Positions 38,211-53,899 of a DNA stretch of 64,000 nt are shown in pieces; the stretch's first letter is position 1, and each line of letters starts with the position of its first letter. The translations under genes and the position numbers were made by a program. The notes under the pieces were generated by a model, which ran no database searches, was not told where the DNA came from, and worked only from the letters and a program-made list of their open reading frames with translations. The stretch comes from Lama glama (lineage: Eukaryota): positions 18,416,001 through 18,480,000 of the forward strand of contig CM052816.1 in assembly GCA_028534125.1 (NCBI GenBank). Direction: 5' to 3'.

Positions 38211-40560
38211 GAAGTTCTTGTAGCTGGTTATCAAGTCACCTGACCGTGGGCAGTGGAAACAGGACTGCAGGCCCATGGACCACTGCTCTCGCTAACTCTC
38301 TGGTCTTCACCAAGGAGGTAGGACTGATCCAGTTTTGGAAAAATGTGTAAGATCTGGACATGTAGAAAAGATGGGGGATAAAGCATTGGAGGCACCAAGA
38401 AAGAAAAAGTTGGGGAGACATTCAATCCCACTCTACCCTATACTGTGTAACCACCATCAAACAGCATCACTATGAAGCAAAAATTCAGTAAAGGAACAGA
38501 AAGTACTAACAGGTTGGGGTAATCACATTCTCCAGGGGTGGCCTGGTTTGGATCTGGTCTCCTGTTTCTTGGAGGTGAGGAAATGTCATTTCTGCACGGG
38601 GAAACAGGGTCCCTTCTGCCTCGGTCCTGGGATCTCAGGGCTCACCTGGGGTCAGAGAGCAGAGCACTGAGAAGACTACCTGCCCCAGAGAGGACAGCAA
38701 GCTTACTGGATGTCCTGCTATTGGACCGCCTGGTAGGGACTCTCATCCTCTCAATCCCCCATCCCCCCTGTGGGCAGGTTCTGCCAACAGAGATGGCAAA
38801 ACAACAGAGAAACTCCAAGCTCCCACCAGGCTAAGTAAGTTGTGGGTGTGGTGGGGCACGCCTCTTCCCACCACAGCTAATGGGGGAGATGCAGGGAGAA
38901 AGGGGAAAGACACAGGGCAGAGATTCACTTTTTATTTTTATCACTCTTTCCGACTGTGATGGAATCTGAGACACTTCCGTTGTGTATCAGGGGGAAATGT
39001 GTGGTTTAAGTGCGCTTGTAATTAGACTCAGGTAATTAGCTCTTTAATAGTCAGCATGTTTCTCCCTCCAGCTCACTGAGCCCCCTCTTGCCTCTGCTCT
39101 GTTTTCATCCTGCCCCCCTCCCCACTGGCCCTGCTCAGGCGGGGATGCCTTAAAGGGCCCCGCTGGCTTGTCATCTTTCTTGTCTCTTTCTTTCAAATTG
39201 CCTGATTGGCTCTGGTGGGCCTTTTCTGACTTGAAATTGAGTGAGGCTCTGAGCAAGGAAGGGCTCTTTGAGGCTAGGGGAGGAGATTCTGGGAAGGGAG
39301 CTTGGACAGTGAAAAGGCCTGGCCCACTCATCCTCTGGCTCAGCAGAGCCCAGCCTGGCGGACCCTCCTGCCTGGTGTACCCTCCTGCCTGGCAGAGGAG
39401 AGAATTTCTCCCTGAATTCAGGAATGACGAGAACATCTCTTCCATCCGGGCTGTCTTCTCAAGTGGATGCAGGGATGCAGAAAAGTGTCCTCAGTGATGG
39501 TACTATCAGTGTCCTTGTGACTCTAGGATTCCCAACCAGGGCCACTACTTCTCTGGGCTCCAGCCCCACCTTCAGCCCATGCTTTCCAGGCTGGGGCAGG
39601 GAGGGGCTCGGAAGGGCTGAAGGAAGGGTGATGGATGAGGCACTTAAGGAACAAGGACCCCAGAGAGGGGAAAGAAATAAAAAAGCAAATTACTTTTAAA
39701 AAATTATTATTCTCAATAAAAAACCAAACATGGTCACTGGAGAAATTTTCAAAAAGCAGAAAATGAAAATTGCCCTTAACCCTACCATGCAGAGATCATT
39801 ATTAGGGGGTATTTACTTGTGGTTTTCTTTGCATATTATATCAGTCTTAATCTACAAAGTCAAGTGGGTAAGAAATGTCACGTTATTTTTCCATCTCTGC
39901 AAGGATCCCTCCCCTGAAGTGGTAGAAATCTCAGTTCTGAGTTCCCCCCACCCACTCCCCTGGCACTGAGCTAAATTCTGCCGGAGGAAGGTGGGTGGGC
40001 GGTCATCCCACCCACTGCCCTCTCTGCACTGGTGTCCACCAAGCAGGCATCCACCACCACTGCTGTTCTCGCTGCTTCTGAAAGGTCAGCCCTGCAGGTC
40101 CCTGCTACGTGGACCCTCATTCCCAACCAAAGGATGTCCTCAGACGCCTCCTCACCACACTCATGGTCTTAAGCTCTGGCATTGAAGCCCTCTGTCTGTC
40201 TCCAAACCACTTTGGAGACAACTAGCTGTGGCCCCTCTCCCACTGCGTGTCCAGGCTTTGGTGAGCTTATAGGAATTGTTCTACAGCCTCACACCCAGCA
40301 GGGCTAGGGGAACCATCCATACTCTGAGGGCTCCTGCCTCCCTAGGGCTCTACCCAAAGAAAGTATTTATTATCTCTCTCTGCACCCTGTTCCCCAAAAC
40401 TCTCTGGGGTCTGTCCTCCCTATGCCCCCTTTCAGGGATCCACCAACATCTAAAGTCTCCTCATCTCCCCATCAACTCTCCTCTCCTCACCTACCACCCC
40501 TCCCTGCCCCAAGATCACAGAGATGTCTTCTAATTTCAGGAATGGGGAAATTTGCCCTTA

Positions 40561-40725
40561 CAGAGGGCTACCACATAAGGTTGAGCAGCACGTGCACTGC
40601 ACAAACGTGGCCAACTGTGGGGTGAGGGCACAATAGGAGGCTAAAATCTGCCCTTGCCCTGCCAAAGAGAAAGGCGCCTTTGTAGAATTAATGCAAAGGT
40701 GTCACATGTGCTAGCCACAGCCCTG
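40561..40725. mobile_element. hAT-Tip100 relic, MER91-like
   Basis: Begins agggctaccacataaggttgagcagcacgtgcactgcacaa and ends cacagccctg. Confidence 0.5.
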
Positions 40726-43700
40726 CCCTTACTCATCACATCCTGTCCCAAACCTCATACCCAGGCCTAGACTTCTGGAACCCAAAGCCAATAATTTGAC
40801 TCCTTTGTTAAATCTGTCATCCTTTCCCTGAGGCACTTAATGTTGGGCCGTCTGATTGCCATCTGCCTGCAAAGAAGGATCACAGGTGTCAGGAAATGCA
40901 GAGAGACACCTTGCTCAGTACTTGAGGATATCACACACACACACATACTCACACACACATACACACTCCTAGCTCCAAATGCTAGAGATTCGAATCTTTC
41001 GGGTTGAGGCCAGAACCTGAATTCTAAAAGCTCCGAGTTGATTCTGAAGGAGTCAGAGGAGAAGAGGTATTTTGAGGAGAAATAGATCCAGTCCCTGGAG
41101 AATGCTGCCCCACAGCTCAACACCTCACGGCAGGGGTGGGAAACGATGCAGGATGCTGCCTATCCTGCCTGGGCAGGTGAACTCGGGATCGGGCTGGGCT
41201 GGATGGGGGACTGTCGTATCTCAAAATGCCCTTAACACCCCCACGCGTCTTCCTGTTTTACTTCTTTGGTTCCAGCTAGGATGTTGAGAAAATCCGCTCA
41301 ACACCGTATCTGGGGGAGTGTCATCCTAAAGGCTTTCTCAAAGAAGGGCGAGATGATTCCCAGCCATCCTGCCCACTTCTCCCACCCGGCAGAGAGAGCT
41401 CCCAGGCAGCCTCCGTAGGGAGCAGTGGGAGATGCCCCTTCCCCAGCAGGACTGGGGCACAGGGACCACGCGAGCCTCTCCAGAGGAACCCTTCCTGGAT
41501 GGAGACGCCCTAACTTCTGGGAGCCTGAGCTCTAGGGGAGGAACAGGTCAAATTTCTATTGCCTCAGCATAAAATGGCAATGCTAACGTAGTTTCTAATT
41601 TAGATTTTAAAATGCCATTTAAAGGACAGCTTCAGTTCTCTCACTTAAAACTTTTTTTAAAAATCACATTTCCTCATGAATCAGGCCATGGATGTATTTG
41701 TCCCCGCTCCCCTGAAAAGAACTGACAGAGCATAAAGGACATTCTCTAGGATTTCTTCATGACCAGTGTGCTGCTGCTCCTTCCGTCAGGGACCCTTTCT
41801 CTGGCCCTACACCACATCCACTGTCCCTTCTGCCTGCGGCCTCTGACAAGCATCCTGACCCCGCCGCTCCTGGTGGGAGAAGATGGCATTGCCCAGCGGC
41901 AGAGGCACAGGAAGAACAGGGAAGAAATGAGAGCTGTCCCCCATGTGCCCCAGATCCTGCCCAAGGAGAAGGTTGGAGCAGGGCTGATTGGTTGTAGGGA
42001 GGGACTGATCCAAAACTGAGATACTTGGTATCCCTAGGAGTTTTATGGGAGAGAAACCAAGTTGTTTTTTGTTTGGTTTTGTTTCAACTTTGGAAGAAAA
42101 AGAAAACATAATTCTCTTTAATGGAAATTAGGAATAATCTTTCAGGAATAACTAGAAAATAATTAGCATAAAGAATATGCTCCCAGATTTTGTAAGCTTG
42201 GACTCTTTCTTGTCAAGGATGAAAATCCTTCCTACTATTATAAGTCTAGGTGGGGGGAGGGGCATGAACGTGGTCAAAGGATGTCGTTTCTCTCCTACCT
42301 ACCCTCCCATGAACTTGGGAAGTGGCCTCAGGATTTAGGCCCATGAAGATGGGGTCTGCAGGAAGCCCAGACCAGCTGCCATAGGCCCCATTAAGAAGGA
42401 AGAGTTCTCTACAGGACCAGGTTTGCAGGCTTGGCCTGGTCCCTGGTATCAGAGGGTGAGGAGGGAGCGGATGCCTGTCCACGCAGGGCTGGGCCCCAAC
42501 CCCTGAGAGGGAAGTCAGGCCTCTAACTGCTCACCCAGGACCCCATCTCTGGAGCAGAATCTGGAGCCAGAGCTCAAGCCTGTCCTGCTGCACCTCCCCA
42601 TCCTGGCCCAGCCTCTGCAGGCTGCCCCAGGTACTCACTCTGGGGACAGTCAAGAGAAGGATGTACTGATGACAGGAGCTGGGGACACACCTTCCTGCAG
42701 GTCCCCAGTTTCCTGCTGACTCAGACCAAGTCTTTCTAGCTAGTGCTGCACTCAGCCATGAGGGTTATGGGGGTTGCCTGAGCCATCCCTTCTACCTCCC
42801 AGGTATAGGTTCATCCATACCTGAATCTTAAGAAGGTTGAGCTCAATGGCCCTTCCTGGTCCTTCCTTTGTGGTAGGTCCCCTGCCCCTGCTGTTCCCTA
42901 CACCCCGTCTCAGGCATCGTGGACAGAGTTGGAAGCAGGACCAGCCTTCAGCTTGTCTGTTCTTGGAAACCCTCAGCTCAGAAATCTGAGTCCATGAGAT
43001 CTGAAGCTGCTGTGATCCGAAGGCTCTCCCGGCCTCCACCGGCTCCACCTCATGCTCCACAGGTATTCCCACCAATAAATCTCTTGTACATGCTTCTCAG
43101 AGGACCCGAACCGATACAGGACCATCCTGGATTTGTGTTCTGGCCATAATCAGAATAATTAAAGGCAATTACAAGTAACTTTCGCATTGTATGATTCAAG
43201 GATGTTTAGTGCCATACCCGTGTACTATCTAAAATAGCCCTGCGTCTCACTTGAAGTATGCATACCAAAACTTAGAAAATGCAATCCAAAAGGAGCCAGC
43301 TCTTCCTGTGTGAGTTCTTTTGGCCTGGCCTCACCATCAAGTCCCAGAGCTTTCCAGGAAGTAGTTCTCCATCAGTGTCACAGAAGGGATGGGGTGGGGG
43401 GGCCTCTTAATTGACTGAACATGCCTCTCCCTGCCTTGCTGCGTGTCTCCACTTCTGGACCCCAGGTTCTTGATGTCCCTCCAAGTGCAACCTCCAGGAG
43501 AGGCACCCCCTCCCTTGAAGTGCAGGGACAGGTATCAGATGGCCCCAGCCAGATGGCCACATGCCCCTAAGCCTGGTTATAAACAACAGTCCTGTTATTT
43601 TTGGCACATGCTGGCTCCCTCCCAGCTTCAGCCTACTTCTTGCCAGAGCAGTGGCCTGTTCCTTAGCATGCGGTGACCCCACTAACGACTCTAACCCAAC

Positions 43701-46700
43701 ACCCGGTCAGGCCCAGGCAGCAGGAGGAATACAGCTTCACCTTCGTGCAACCCCTGCACCTCCCAGAGAAGGCCAGGTCATCGGGCCCAGGAGCTGGCAA
43801 TCAGTCTGCAATCAGTCCCAGCAGCCTTGAGTCAATGGGACACACTGGGCTAGAGGCCACACAGCTAAAGGGACCCAGAGAGACGGGTGACATCACATGT
43901 CACTGAGAGTAAAGAGAAGGATGTTGAGGCACTAACCAGTGAGACTTGCTAAATGCCCAGAGTCATCCCACCACCAGCCTACAGAGTCAGCACCCACAGC
44001 CTACAGATCCAGGTCCCAGGCGGCCCTGGGAGTCTCGTCACTGACTCTCCATCCTACAGGCCTGTGGGAGCAGAGGCCATACAGGAAGATGCCCTCTCTG
44101 GGATGGGAGCCCTTTGTGAGCTCTCTCCTTGCAGAACCATCTCTGCCTCACACCCCATCCTTTCTCCAGTTTTCCTGCTCCACAAACCAGACTGCAATCC
44201 CTCGAAAGCCCTGGCCTGACCATTCTCCAAGCCTATTGCTGCCTATTTCCATTTGGAAAATCGCTTCATTTCTGAGCCTGGGCTTGGCCTACTTGCTATT
44301 TAGTTCTTAAAATGGACATTCTAAAATGCAACCTTCAGTCACCAATCACTATGGCCACCAAAGCCATCTGTTACCAAAAAAACAAAAACAAACACAAAAA
44401 CACATTGCCAGGGGTGATGGTTAAAATTAAAAAATCCGGGAGCAAGGGCACCACCAGCATTCACGGAGGACGCAGAGGCTGCTCCATAGCAATTTAATGC
44501 ATACAAAGCACAAGGAAAACCCACAGCAGCAGCAGCAAACTCCAGCCTCAGACAGCACCTTTCCACCCTTGATCTTTACCCCAGACTCTCAGTGACGCTG
44601 CGTGGTTTAATAATAATTCCCCTAGTGAGCAGAAGAAACAAAAATAGCTTCCCCAGGCACCGAGGCCGGCGCGGCACAGTTTATGAAATCCTGGGGCTGT
44701 AATGCTCTCAGTCTCCCAAGTTTCCATTAAACAGCTTAACAAATGGCCCCATAGTGGCCGGAAAGGCACCACTGCCTCTCTTCTCTCGGTCTCTCTGCAG
44801 ACAAGACAGCTGGGAGGGAGCACGTGTCACTCAGCAACCATGTAATGGGAAAGAGGTCAAGCGGGGGTCCCAGCCCTCTGACCTCTGCCTGTCAAAGCCA
44901 ACTTCCGAGCCCCTTTATAATCTTTCCTGAGACTTAAATGTATGGGTACACAAAGCTCCCTAATGGAAGGTCGCTCTGGCTTGTGTAAAAAGCTGTGTAA
45001 ACTTCATCTCTGCATTTACTCAGCACCAGCCTTGTTTAATTTCCTGCCGGGGGATATTCAGGGAACGTGACTGCCCTCCCAGGGCTCTGAACATCCTTCG
45101 GAAAGAAACAGTGCCCTCCCACTTTGGAACCAAAGGACCCCCAAAAAAGGGCAAGATACCTCCTCCAACTTTACCAAAAGGAAAGGCAGTTTGACAGCAT
45201 GCTCTGGGCTGAGTTTCTCACTGGAAAAAGCAGCTTAAGACTGAGTGAATGAGCACAGGCTGCCAAGTCTAGGCTGCTGGCACCATGACCAAGCTGTGTG
45301 AGCTTGGCAAGGGACACCACTTTCAGGGTTCCAGTTTCCTCCTGGGGAAAACAGAGGTGATAGCAGTGTCTGTCTCATAGGTTGAGAAAAAGCAAGTGCT
45401 TGGCCTATAGAAAGAGGTATGTGAATGGTGGCTACTAAAACTGCTCTCCATTGGAGGTGGCCCACTATGGTGGTTCAGTGTGTGTACTCTGGAACCCACT
45501 GCCCAGGTTCAAGACCCAGCTCCACCACTCACAGGCTGCAAGGCCCTGCATGTATTACTTCTGCAAAATGCAACCTGATGATGAAAAACAGAAGCTCTAA
45601 GGAATGAGCATTGCCAGGGATCCCAGGTGCAGAGATTTCCCTGCCCAACCATGAACAACAGAGCTGCAGAGACTCACTATCTACACCAAACCCTCTGTAG
45701 ACTCCACCTGTTCTGGGTCCACTTCCTGGATGTCCACAGCACAATTTCAAAATCAGAAGTTACTTATCATAAACCCTTACTATATAGCCCAAAAGGCTGA
45801 CACTTGCCCCAGACTCCACTTAGGACATCTGAACTGAGCCGCTCAGAGTTTCTGCCACTGCCCTGTGTCATACCTGATTTCATGGGTGGAGTGGAGAACA
45901 AGCAGGTCGGCAGGGCCATCGTGACTCCCCATATAAACACATAGAGGAAATTTCAGGCCAAACTGCAACCAGAGCTACATACCAAGAATATTTTGATGTT
46001 TTTCTTTATTGTGTATGTTTTAGATGGCCTCAATATTTAATGAAAAATAAATTTTTAATATTCAGTTAAAAATAATTTTGTTATACCGTAAAAAATAAAA
46101 ACCCTGGGACCCAGGAAGTTATGGACAGCAGGGGCTTCACCTGGATAAAATCCTGTCCATTCAATCCACATGCTGCCTCTCCCCTTGGCGAAAAGTGTCC
46201 ATGAGGAAGCTTGTTCTGGTTTCACATAATGTCCCTGGGATCCTGCTGGCTGAGTAAAATGCTGTTCCAAGTAGGTTGGGACTTCAGAGAAAGGGGCAAC
46301 TTCTGCCCCTTGCCTGAGCAGCCCACATCCACGGCTGCTGCATCACTGTTACGTGGAGGCTGTCCTGTGCTAAGAGCCTCTCAGAGCCAACTTCCCCATC
46401 TAGACAATGAGGAGTTGGCCTAAGCAGCAGCCAGGCCCAGGGGCTCAGAGTCCCATACCTTTGGAGCACACTGGGTAGCTCCCACCTCAGGACCAAGGTG
46501 GGTAGATGGGATCATAGTGAGATCTGCCAGGTCCTGCTCTCCACCCCATACCCATACACAGCCCCCTCTGCACTCAGGGCAGGTCCCCACAGGCCTGTCT
46601 ACGGGACTACAGGAAAACACTGAGGAGGGCCTCTCTTTCAGAGCACTTCTTCACCACACTTAGAGAGCAGTCAAACTATCTAAAGGGTCAGTACTTGGAA

Positions 46701-46995
46701 CCGCAGTTTCAATGTTAGTCAAAGAGCTGACGGAAGCATTTCTCCTGAACTGAGCTGGGCTTTGTGGGGATGAGCTTTGGCTGAGGGCAGCCTTGCCCAT
46801 CTTCCTTGTTCTTGTGAAGCTTGTGGCCAGGTATGAGGTGTGGTGGGGGGAGAGGGAAGTTATGAACTCATCTTCCCACTAGTTCCCTCAGCCAGTGCTC
46901 ACCAAGCTCTCGCACACCCTGTACCCCTTGATGTGGGAAGGAGGGCTGGGGAAGAGAGACAGTGCTGTGACCTTGGCTGACCCTGTAGGGGTCTC

Positions 46996-47135
46996 AGAGC
47001 TGGGACTAGGGTGAGGAGTGAGATGCCCAGGGTGCAAAATGGAAAGAGGCACACTCACTCTTGACTCTGTACTTGCACAACTTTGAGGGCAAGTGCCTCC
47101 TTTAATTTCGTGCCAGATGATGACAGTCCAGGGCA
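46996..47135. mobile_element. hAT-Tip100 MITE, MER96-like
   Basis: Starts cagagctgggactagggtgagg; internal palindrome gaggcacactcactc...gagggcaagtgcctcc. Confidence 0.6.
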
Positions 47136-47728
47136 GTCAGTGCTTCTTGAGAAGTTCAGGGGCTGTGGTGGCTGGGGCACTGGTTCTCATTCCAGCCTGG
47201 GGGGCTTGGAAGACTTCTCAAAGGAAGTGAAGAGACTGGACTCCTGGAAAAGGAGAACCCCTGTCTCAATCCAGCTGACTGCTCGCCTCTGTCCTGGCCA
47301 CCAAGTCTTTGCCAGGGCTGCCAAGGGCAGGCAGGCCAGCATGTCTTCCTCTTGTCCCCTGTGCCCCAGCAGAACAGCCCAGGGGCACCAAGCAAGTAAG
47401 CTCATGGTAGGGAAGCACATGTGTTCTCAGGGCACAGGCAGAGTGGAGCCTGGGCCCATGGAACCAGTCCAAGCTTGCGGGGGGCTCGTATCCTCTGCCC
47501 TTGCCCTCAGCCTCTCCTGGAAGCAGGTGCCCCTCCTGAGCTACCCAGCCTTACGGCTCGGAGCCAGCCTCACTGTGTCTGGAGAGAGAATGTCCACGAG
47601 AAGAACGAAAGCAGGTATCCATGCCCGGCTGAGCCTGGTCTCTGAATTGGTCTGCTGTCCCTACTGTCTCTGTTTTGCGTCTGTCCGTCAGTCTGTAATC
47701 ATCTCTTTGTCCATCTGTCTTTCCATGA

Positions 47729-48814
<1,086 letters not shown>

Positions 48815-49507
48815 TGGAGGAGCGAGCCAGGGTGGCGGGCACCGAGTCTCGACCTCGCTACCAGCAAGCCGGTATGAGCGTGTCAGGGCGCGCCTGACGC
48901 CCCTGGAGGACACAGCGCTCTGGCCGATCACCCTTCCCGACCTCGAGCGGCACCCTGGGCATAAAGGGAGTCCGAGGTTAAAAGACTGCGGAGGGTCCCG
49001 AGCCTCGTGGCAGACGCGAACCAAGGTTCTACTCCACTGGCTGAGCCTCTCTTTTCCGGGCAGCGGGTCTAGCCCGGGTGCCTTCCTGCAAGACTGCGCG
49101 CCCGCCGGGACGCGGGAGCCTTCCTCGCCGCTTGCTGATTTACCTACTTTGCGCATCCAGCGGGCAGGCGAGGCGAGCGCGCAACCAGACAGGAGCTGCC
49201 CGTCCGGAGCCCCAGCCCTGTGGCTGTTTTCCCGCAGATGCTACTGCCTCTCCCACTCTTTGGCACCGAGGGTCCCACTAGGATCGGAGCGTGAACTCAG
49301 CCAGACTTGGGAATAATGGCCCTTGGGGGCTGCGTCCCCCCGGGGAAGTGAGGGGATGTGGAGATTCAGTGCGTTCCAACCGGGTTCAAGGACCTTTTCT
49401 TTGCCCACGCGCGCGGAGGGGAAGCTGGTCTAGAGAGGCAGGGTCCCACCTGCAGCACCCTGTGTTGGGGGATCCGCGTCCCACATAATCTGGGGCCGCA
49501 TTTCTAC

Positions 49508-49513
49508 AATAAA
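49508..49513 (+). terminator. Candidate SMIM32 polyadenylation signal AATAAA
   Basis: First AATAAA seen after the SMIM32 stop, at the 3' edge of the CpG island. Confidence 0.7.
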
Positions 49514-50829
49514 ATCTCACTGAATTAGACCCGGTGCTGAGAATGCTCTGGTCACTGGTTGCGCCACTTTGGAAGGGGATAAAGGGCAGACTGATCCTGA
49601 GCAGGCTGAGACCCAAGAGCAGCATGCTTCCCACCTACTGTGACCCAGGTCAGTTTTAATGAGACTTAACTCCGCCCAAACCTTCCCCAGGGGCAGGCAG
49701 TTAACTTGCTCTGGGAAATGTTTTCGGAGCCAGTCTGAAAGAGGAATTGCTGCCTCATTTGCTGAAAAAAATTTTCTGTATCGGGCTCTGTGGAGACCTC
49801 CCCTGCAGGGCCGTTCCTCCCACCTGGCATCCTCCACTCCGTTGCTCTAGGGGCTGCTCCTGGGCCTGAACCCTTCCAAGTATTTACAGAACCGTGCGGT
49901 GAAGGAAGGGCGTGAGGGTGAGGCGATGGGGGTAGCTGCTCAGCACTTCTTCCCAAAGTAGGCAGGAGGCCAGCAAGAAAGCAATGGATGAATAAGCCCA
50001 GCTAGGAGGAGCTGATTTCAAAGAACCTGAGAGGGAACAGAAAGAATTATGATAACCTTGACCATTTTCAAAGTTAATCTAATTCTAGGGAGTCTTCTTT
50101 ATGGCAGTTTAAAATAGTTTCATGAGTCACTTGGTTCGGTAGGGCACTAGAGCATAGAGACTTTGACTAAATGGAAATTTGGTAGATCATCTAATCCACT
50201 AGTTTTAAATAATATAGGGGTCACTCAGGTTTTGAGAATCTGAAGAATGCTAAGGACACCTGTCTGGCAAAATGCATACAGGCACACAACTCTGCAAACC
50301 TTTTGTAAGGGCTGTCAGGCACTGAAATTAGTTTAAGGACCCAAGCTGAGGCTGGAAAAAGACTTGCTAGGGCTCCAGTCTCAGGCCAGGGCTCCCTCCT
50401 GCCACTTCTCAGCCAGTACCTAAAATTCCCTCCAGCTTCTCTCCCATGAAGCCTCAGAAATGAGCAGTTGACAATGTTTCATCTTGGGCTTGATTACTCA
50501 TGGCTTGGACAGCTAACACCAGCCAAGCCTAATGGAGCTAATTCTGTGATACCATCACAGAACACTTTAGTTTGGTTTTGGGAAATGTGACCAAACCTTT
50601 CTAGCCTATAGTAATGGTAGCCCAGCTAATCTGTGTGATCCTTGGTTGCAGAGAAGATTAAATGGTGTTAAGTGTTAAAGAGATATGAGAGCCCCTGGCC
50701 AGCATAATGAAATCACACATTGCTGATATGGGGGACCCTTAGGCCTTAATCTGGGGGCTGTGAGAGGTAGGGGACTAATGTAGAGGCAGTGTATGCCTCC
50801 TCCACATCTCCTGAGGGATACATCTCAAG

Positions 50830-51050
50830 GCAGTATGCAGAGTGATAAGAAGCACAAGTTCTGGAGTCTATCTGGCTTTAAATCTCAGCTCCACTGCTCA
50901 GTGGCTGTGTGACCCCATGCAAATTCCTTACTCTATCTTAACCTGTCTCTTCATCTGTGAAATGGGTATATGACCTAGCTCCACAGGGTTGAATGTCCAA
51001 CGACATAACCAGTGTAACATGATAGCACCCAAATGTTAGCTGTTATTGTC
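50830..51050 (+). mobile_element. MIR SINE
   Basis: ttctggagtc...aaatctcagctccactgctcagtggctgtgtgacc...ttcatctgtgaaatggg. Confidence 0.75.
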
Positions 51051-52109
51051 ACTGAGCCTTAGGCTTGAGGCAGCATTGCTGAAGGGACCCTCCAACAGGA
51101 TGTGCTTTTACCACGGCTCCCTCTCTACTGTGATCACAAATAAATTCAAGGGGAGAATATGAGTGGATGACTGGTGTACAGGTCACCTGAAGTTCCTGGG
51201 GCCAGATTCAGCTGAAGCCAGAGTGATCCAGGAGGCTCTTGAGATCCCTTAATAAAATACTGGCCCAAGGCATTAAGAGGTTAAAGCTAAAAAGTGCTAA
51301 GATGGAGACAACTTGGAAAGCTTCTTTCTGATGTCTCTACAGGTTGCAGTGGTCTTAGCCACCTAAGCCAAACGCTTCAAAGGACAAGCACTTCTGGAAG
51401 AAAGTCCTAGGTCGTTAGATCTATTCAGAGCTGGAATCTAGAAACTAAGCAGGGTCAGTGAGAGGAACCAGATTACAGTTCTGCTTTTTGCCAACACTGT
51501 GATGCTGAATAATTTCATTTCCTTCTCTAGGCTAGTGTTAGACTAGTTGAGCAGTAATGGGTCCTTCTGCATGTGGGACCTAGCCCCAGATTCTCCCCTG
51601 AAAAGCAGGGATGTGGCTGAGTTCATGCCTGTCTTATGCTGATATGCAGGGTAAGTGGGCCACAATGTGGTAACTGGACATTGAGATGGATATCAGGGAG
51701 GCCAGTCTATGCACACACATCCTTCTGCCCTTTGTTCTTCCACCAATCCCACGATGCCTCAGAACTACCTTTGGAGAGCTGGGCATGGCAGGCTAAAAAT
51801 AGGAATAGGTTCATGACACAGGTGTTTGGGCCCCTCTGCCATAACCAGCCACTGGGATTGGGCAAGAGGACTAGAACACATTTCTGCTGGGGGTGAGGGG
51901 TGGCAGGGTGGAAATTGGGAAAGGTAGTTGCAGATGCCAGGAACTAGGGAGAAGCAGCATAATGTACTGACCAAGGGCCTGAATCCTGGAGCCGGGTAAC
52001 CTTACCTTGGCCATCCATTCTAAGCCTTGATCATGCTTCTGGATTTCTGAGAGCCTGTTTCTTCACCTGTAAAATGATAGAAGATAATAACAGTACCTGC
52101 TTCATTTAC

Positions 52110-52880
52110 AGAATGAATAAAACTCACCACCTTTCCATATAAATTAATCTTCCTCCAGTCCTCTCCATCTCAGCAAAGTGCACCATTATCTGGTTGCCCA
52201 AAGTGAAAAGCACATGGTGGTCACTCTGACCCCAAACTCTTCTTCATCCTCCCGTATGCAATTCATCACCACTCTACTCCATCCACTTCCCTCCACTCCA
52301 TCCACTCCCTTCCATCTCCACCATTGTCACCTAAATTCAAAGCCCAGCATCTACTTTCACCTCTCTAAGAAGCACATGTCCGACCCCAGTATCTGCCTCC
52401 TGCCCCACCTTACATTCCAGTTCTTGCTCTCAGGATTTAAAACAAAACCCTAACCTCTGCCTACAAGATGCAGCCCCCACCAACCTCTCAAGCCTCATCT
52501 CCTCACACTCCTCTTGAACTCCAGGCTCTAGACACCATGGCCTTTTGATCCCTGAGGCCTCTCTGCCTCAGCTGCTTGTCTCCTCTCCATCTGACTAATG
52601 CCTTCTCATCCTTCAGGTCTCAACTTAATAGCTCTTCCTTGGTATGGGTTTGCCTGAGTTCTAAGAGAAGAGCAGTTATATTCTTTCACAGACCCCGATC
52701 AGCTCCCTTATCACAACTATTAGATAACTTTAATTCACACTCCAGTGTCTCTCCCTCTACTAACATGTAAGCTGTATGAAGTCGGGGACAACATTCGCCT
52801 GCTCACTGCTACTTTCCCAATGCCCAGAACAGTGTCAGGTATAAAGTAGACATGGAATAAGTATTTGTTGAATGCAATAC
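52110..52880 (+). mobile_element. L2 LINE 3' fragment (another at about 53290-53580)
   Basis: Pyrimidine-rich body (ctcatccttcaggtctcaactt) ending aataagtatttgttgaatg. Confidence 0.7.
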
Positions 52881-53899
52881 AGTGGAAAGACAGAGCTAGA
52901 GGTTAAGGCAAATTTGCCCGTGGGTTCTTCTTCTAAACACTTCACCTGTGATTTTCTGCCTTAAACTAAACTGGTATCAGATGAAGTACTGAGTTGAACT
53001 CTCACTGATCAACCCTCCAAGTGGTCAGTGTCCTGGAGATGGTAACCCACAAACTTGTTAGCACTTCCATTTCTTTTCTCATCTATGTAACACGTCAGTA
53101 ATTCCTGTATCCCCGGCAGAGACTAAAGAGCATGCAATTTACAAGTTTGTACCTTTGGCCGTTTCTGCTTGAATTACTCCTTTTCCTGCAGGGAAGCTGA
53201 GATTTTTACTGTATCATTCATAGTCTTCTGAATTGCCTTGACTGCGAATCAATTAAATCACTACTTCACATACTGACTGACTCTCTCATCCTTTCCTGGA
53301 CTTTGATCAAAGCTTTCCTTCTCAATGAGACCTTCCCTGATTTCTTGATCTCAAACTTCAGCCATCTTCCTCCCTCCACTCCTGACATTTCAAATCTTCC
53401 CTTACTACTTTTTCTCCTTAGAACTTACCACTACTCTATATATTTCATTTATCTTGTTTTGTGTCTCCATCAACCAGAATGAAGATGCTTTAGAGAAAGA
53501 ATTTTGTTTTATTCACTTTATGCTCAGCCTGACATCTATTAAGCTCTCTAATATTAACTGGACGAATGAACAAACAACTTGATACTTTTTTTCAGGACCA
53601 GAAAAAAATCCAGATATTCAGAAAAACAGGAGCAGATTTTTTTTGTTTAAGTCTCCCTGATTCTTCATTTCTGTCCCTCCTCCACCCTCCAAAACAGATC
53701 AAATAACCCTAACCAGATAGGGACTGAAATCATTAAACTATGTTATATTATAGCTTCACTTTCCATGAGAACAGGAATGACTTGCTGTGAGAGCTCTGCT
53801 GCCTGGCATAAAGCGTGACTTGCAGTCAGCATTCAGTAAGGGTGAGACTAAGTGAATGAGCAAGTAAGGATAAACTAGGCTAAGGCCTGAACTGTTCTA

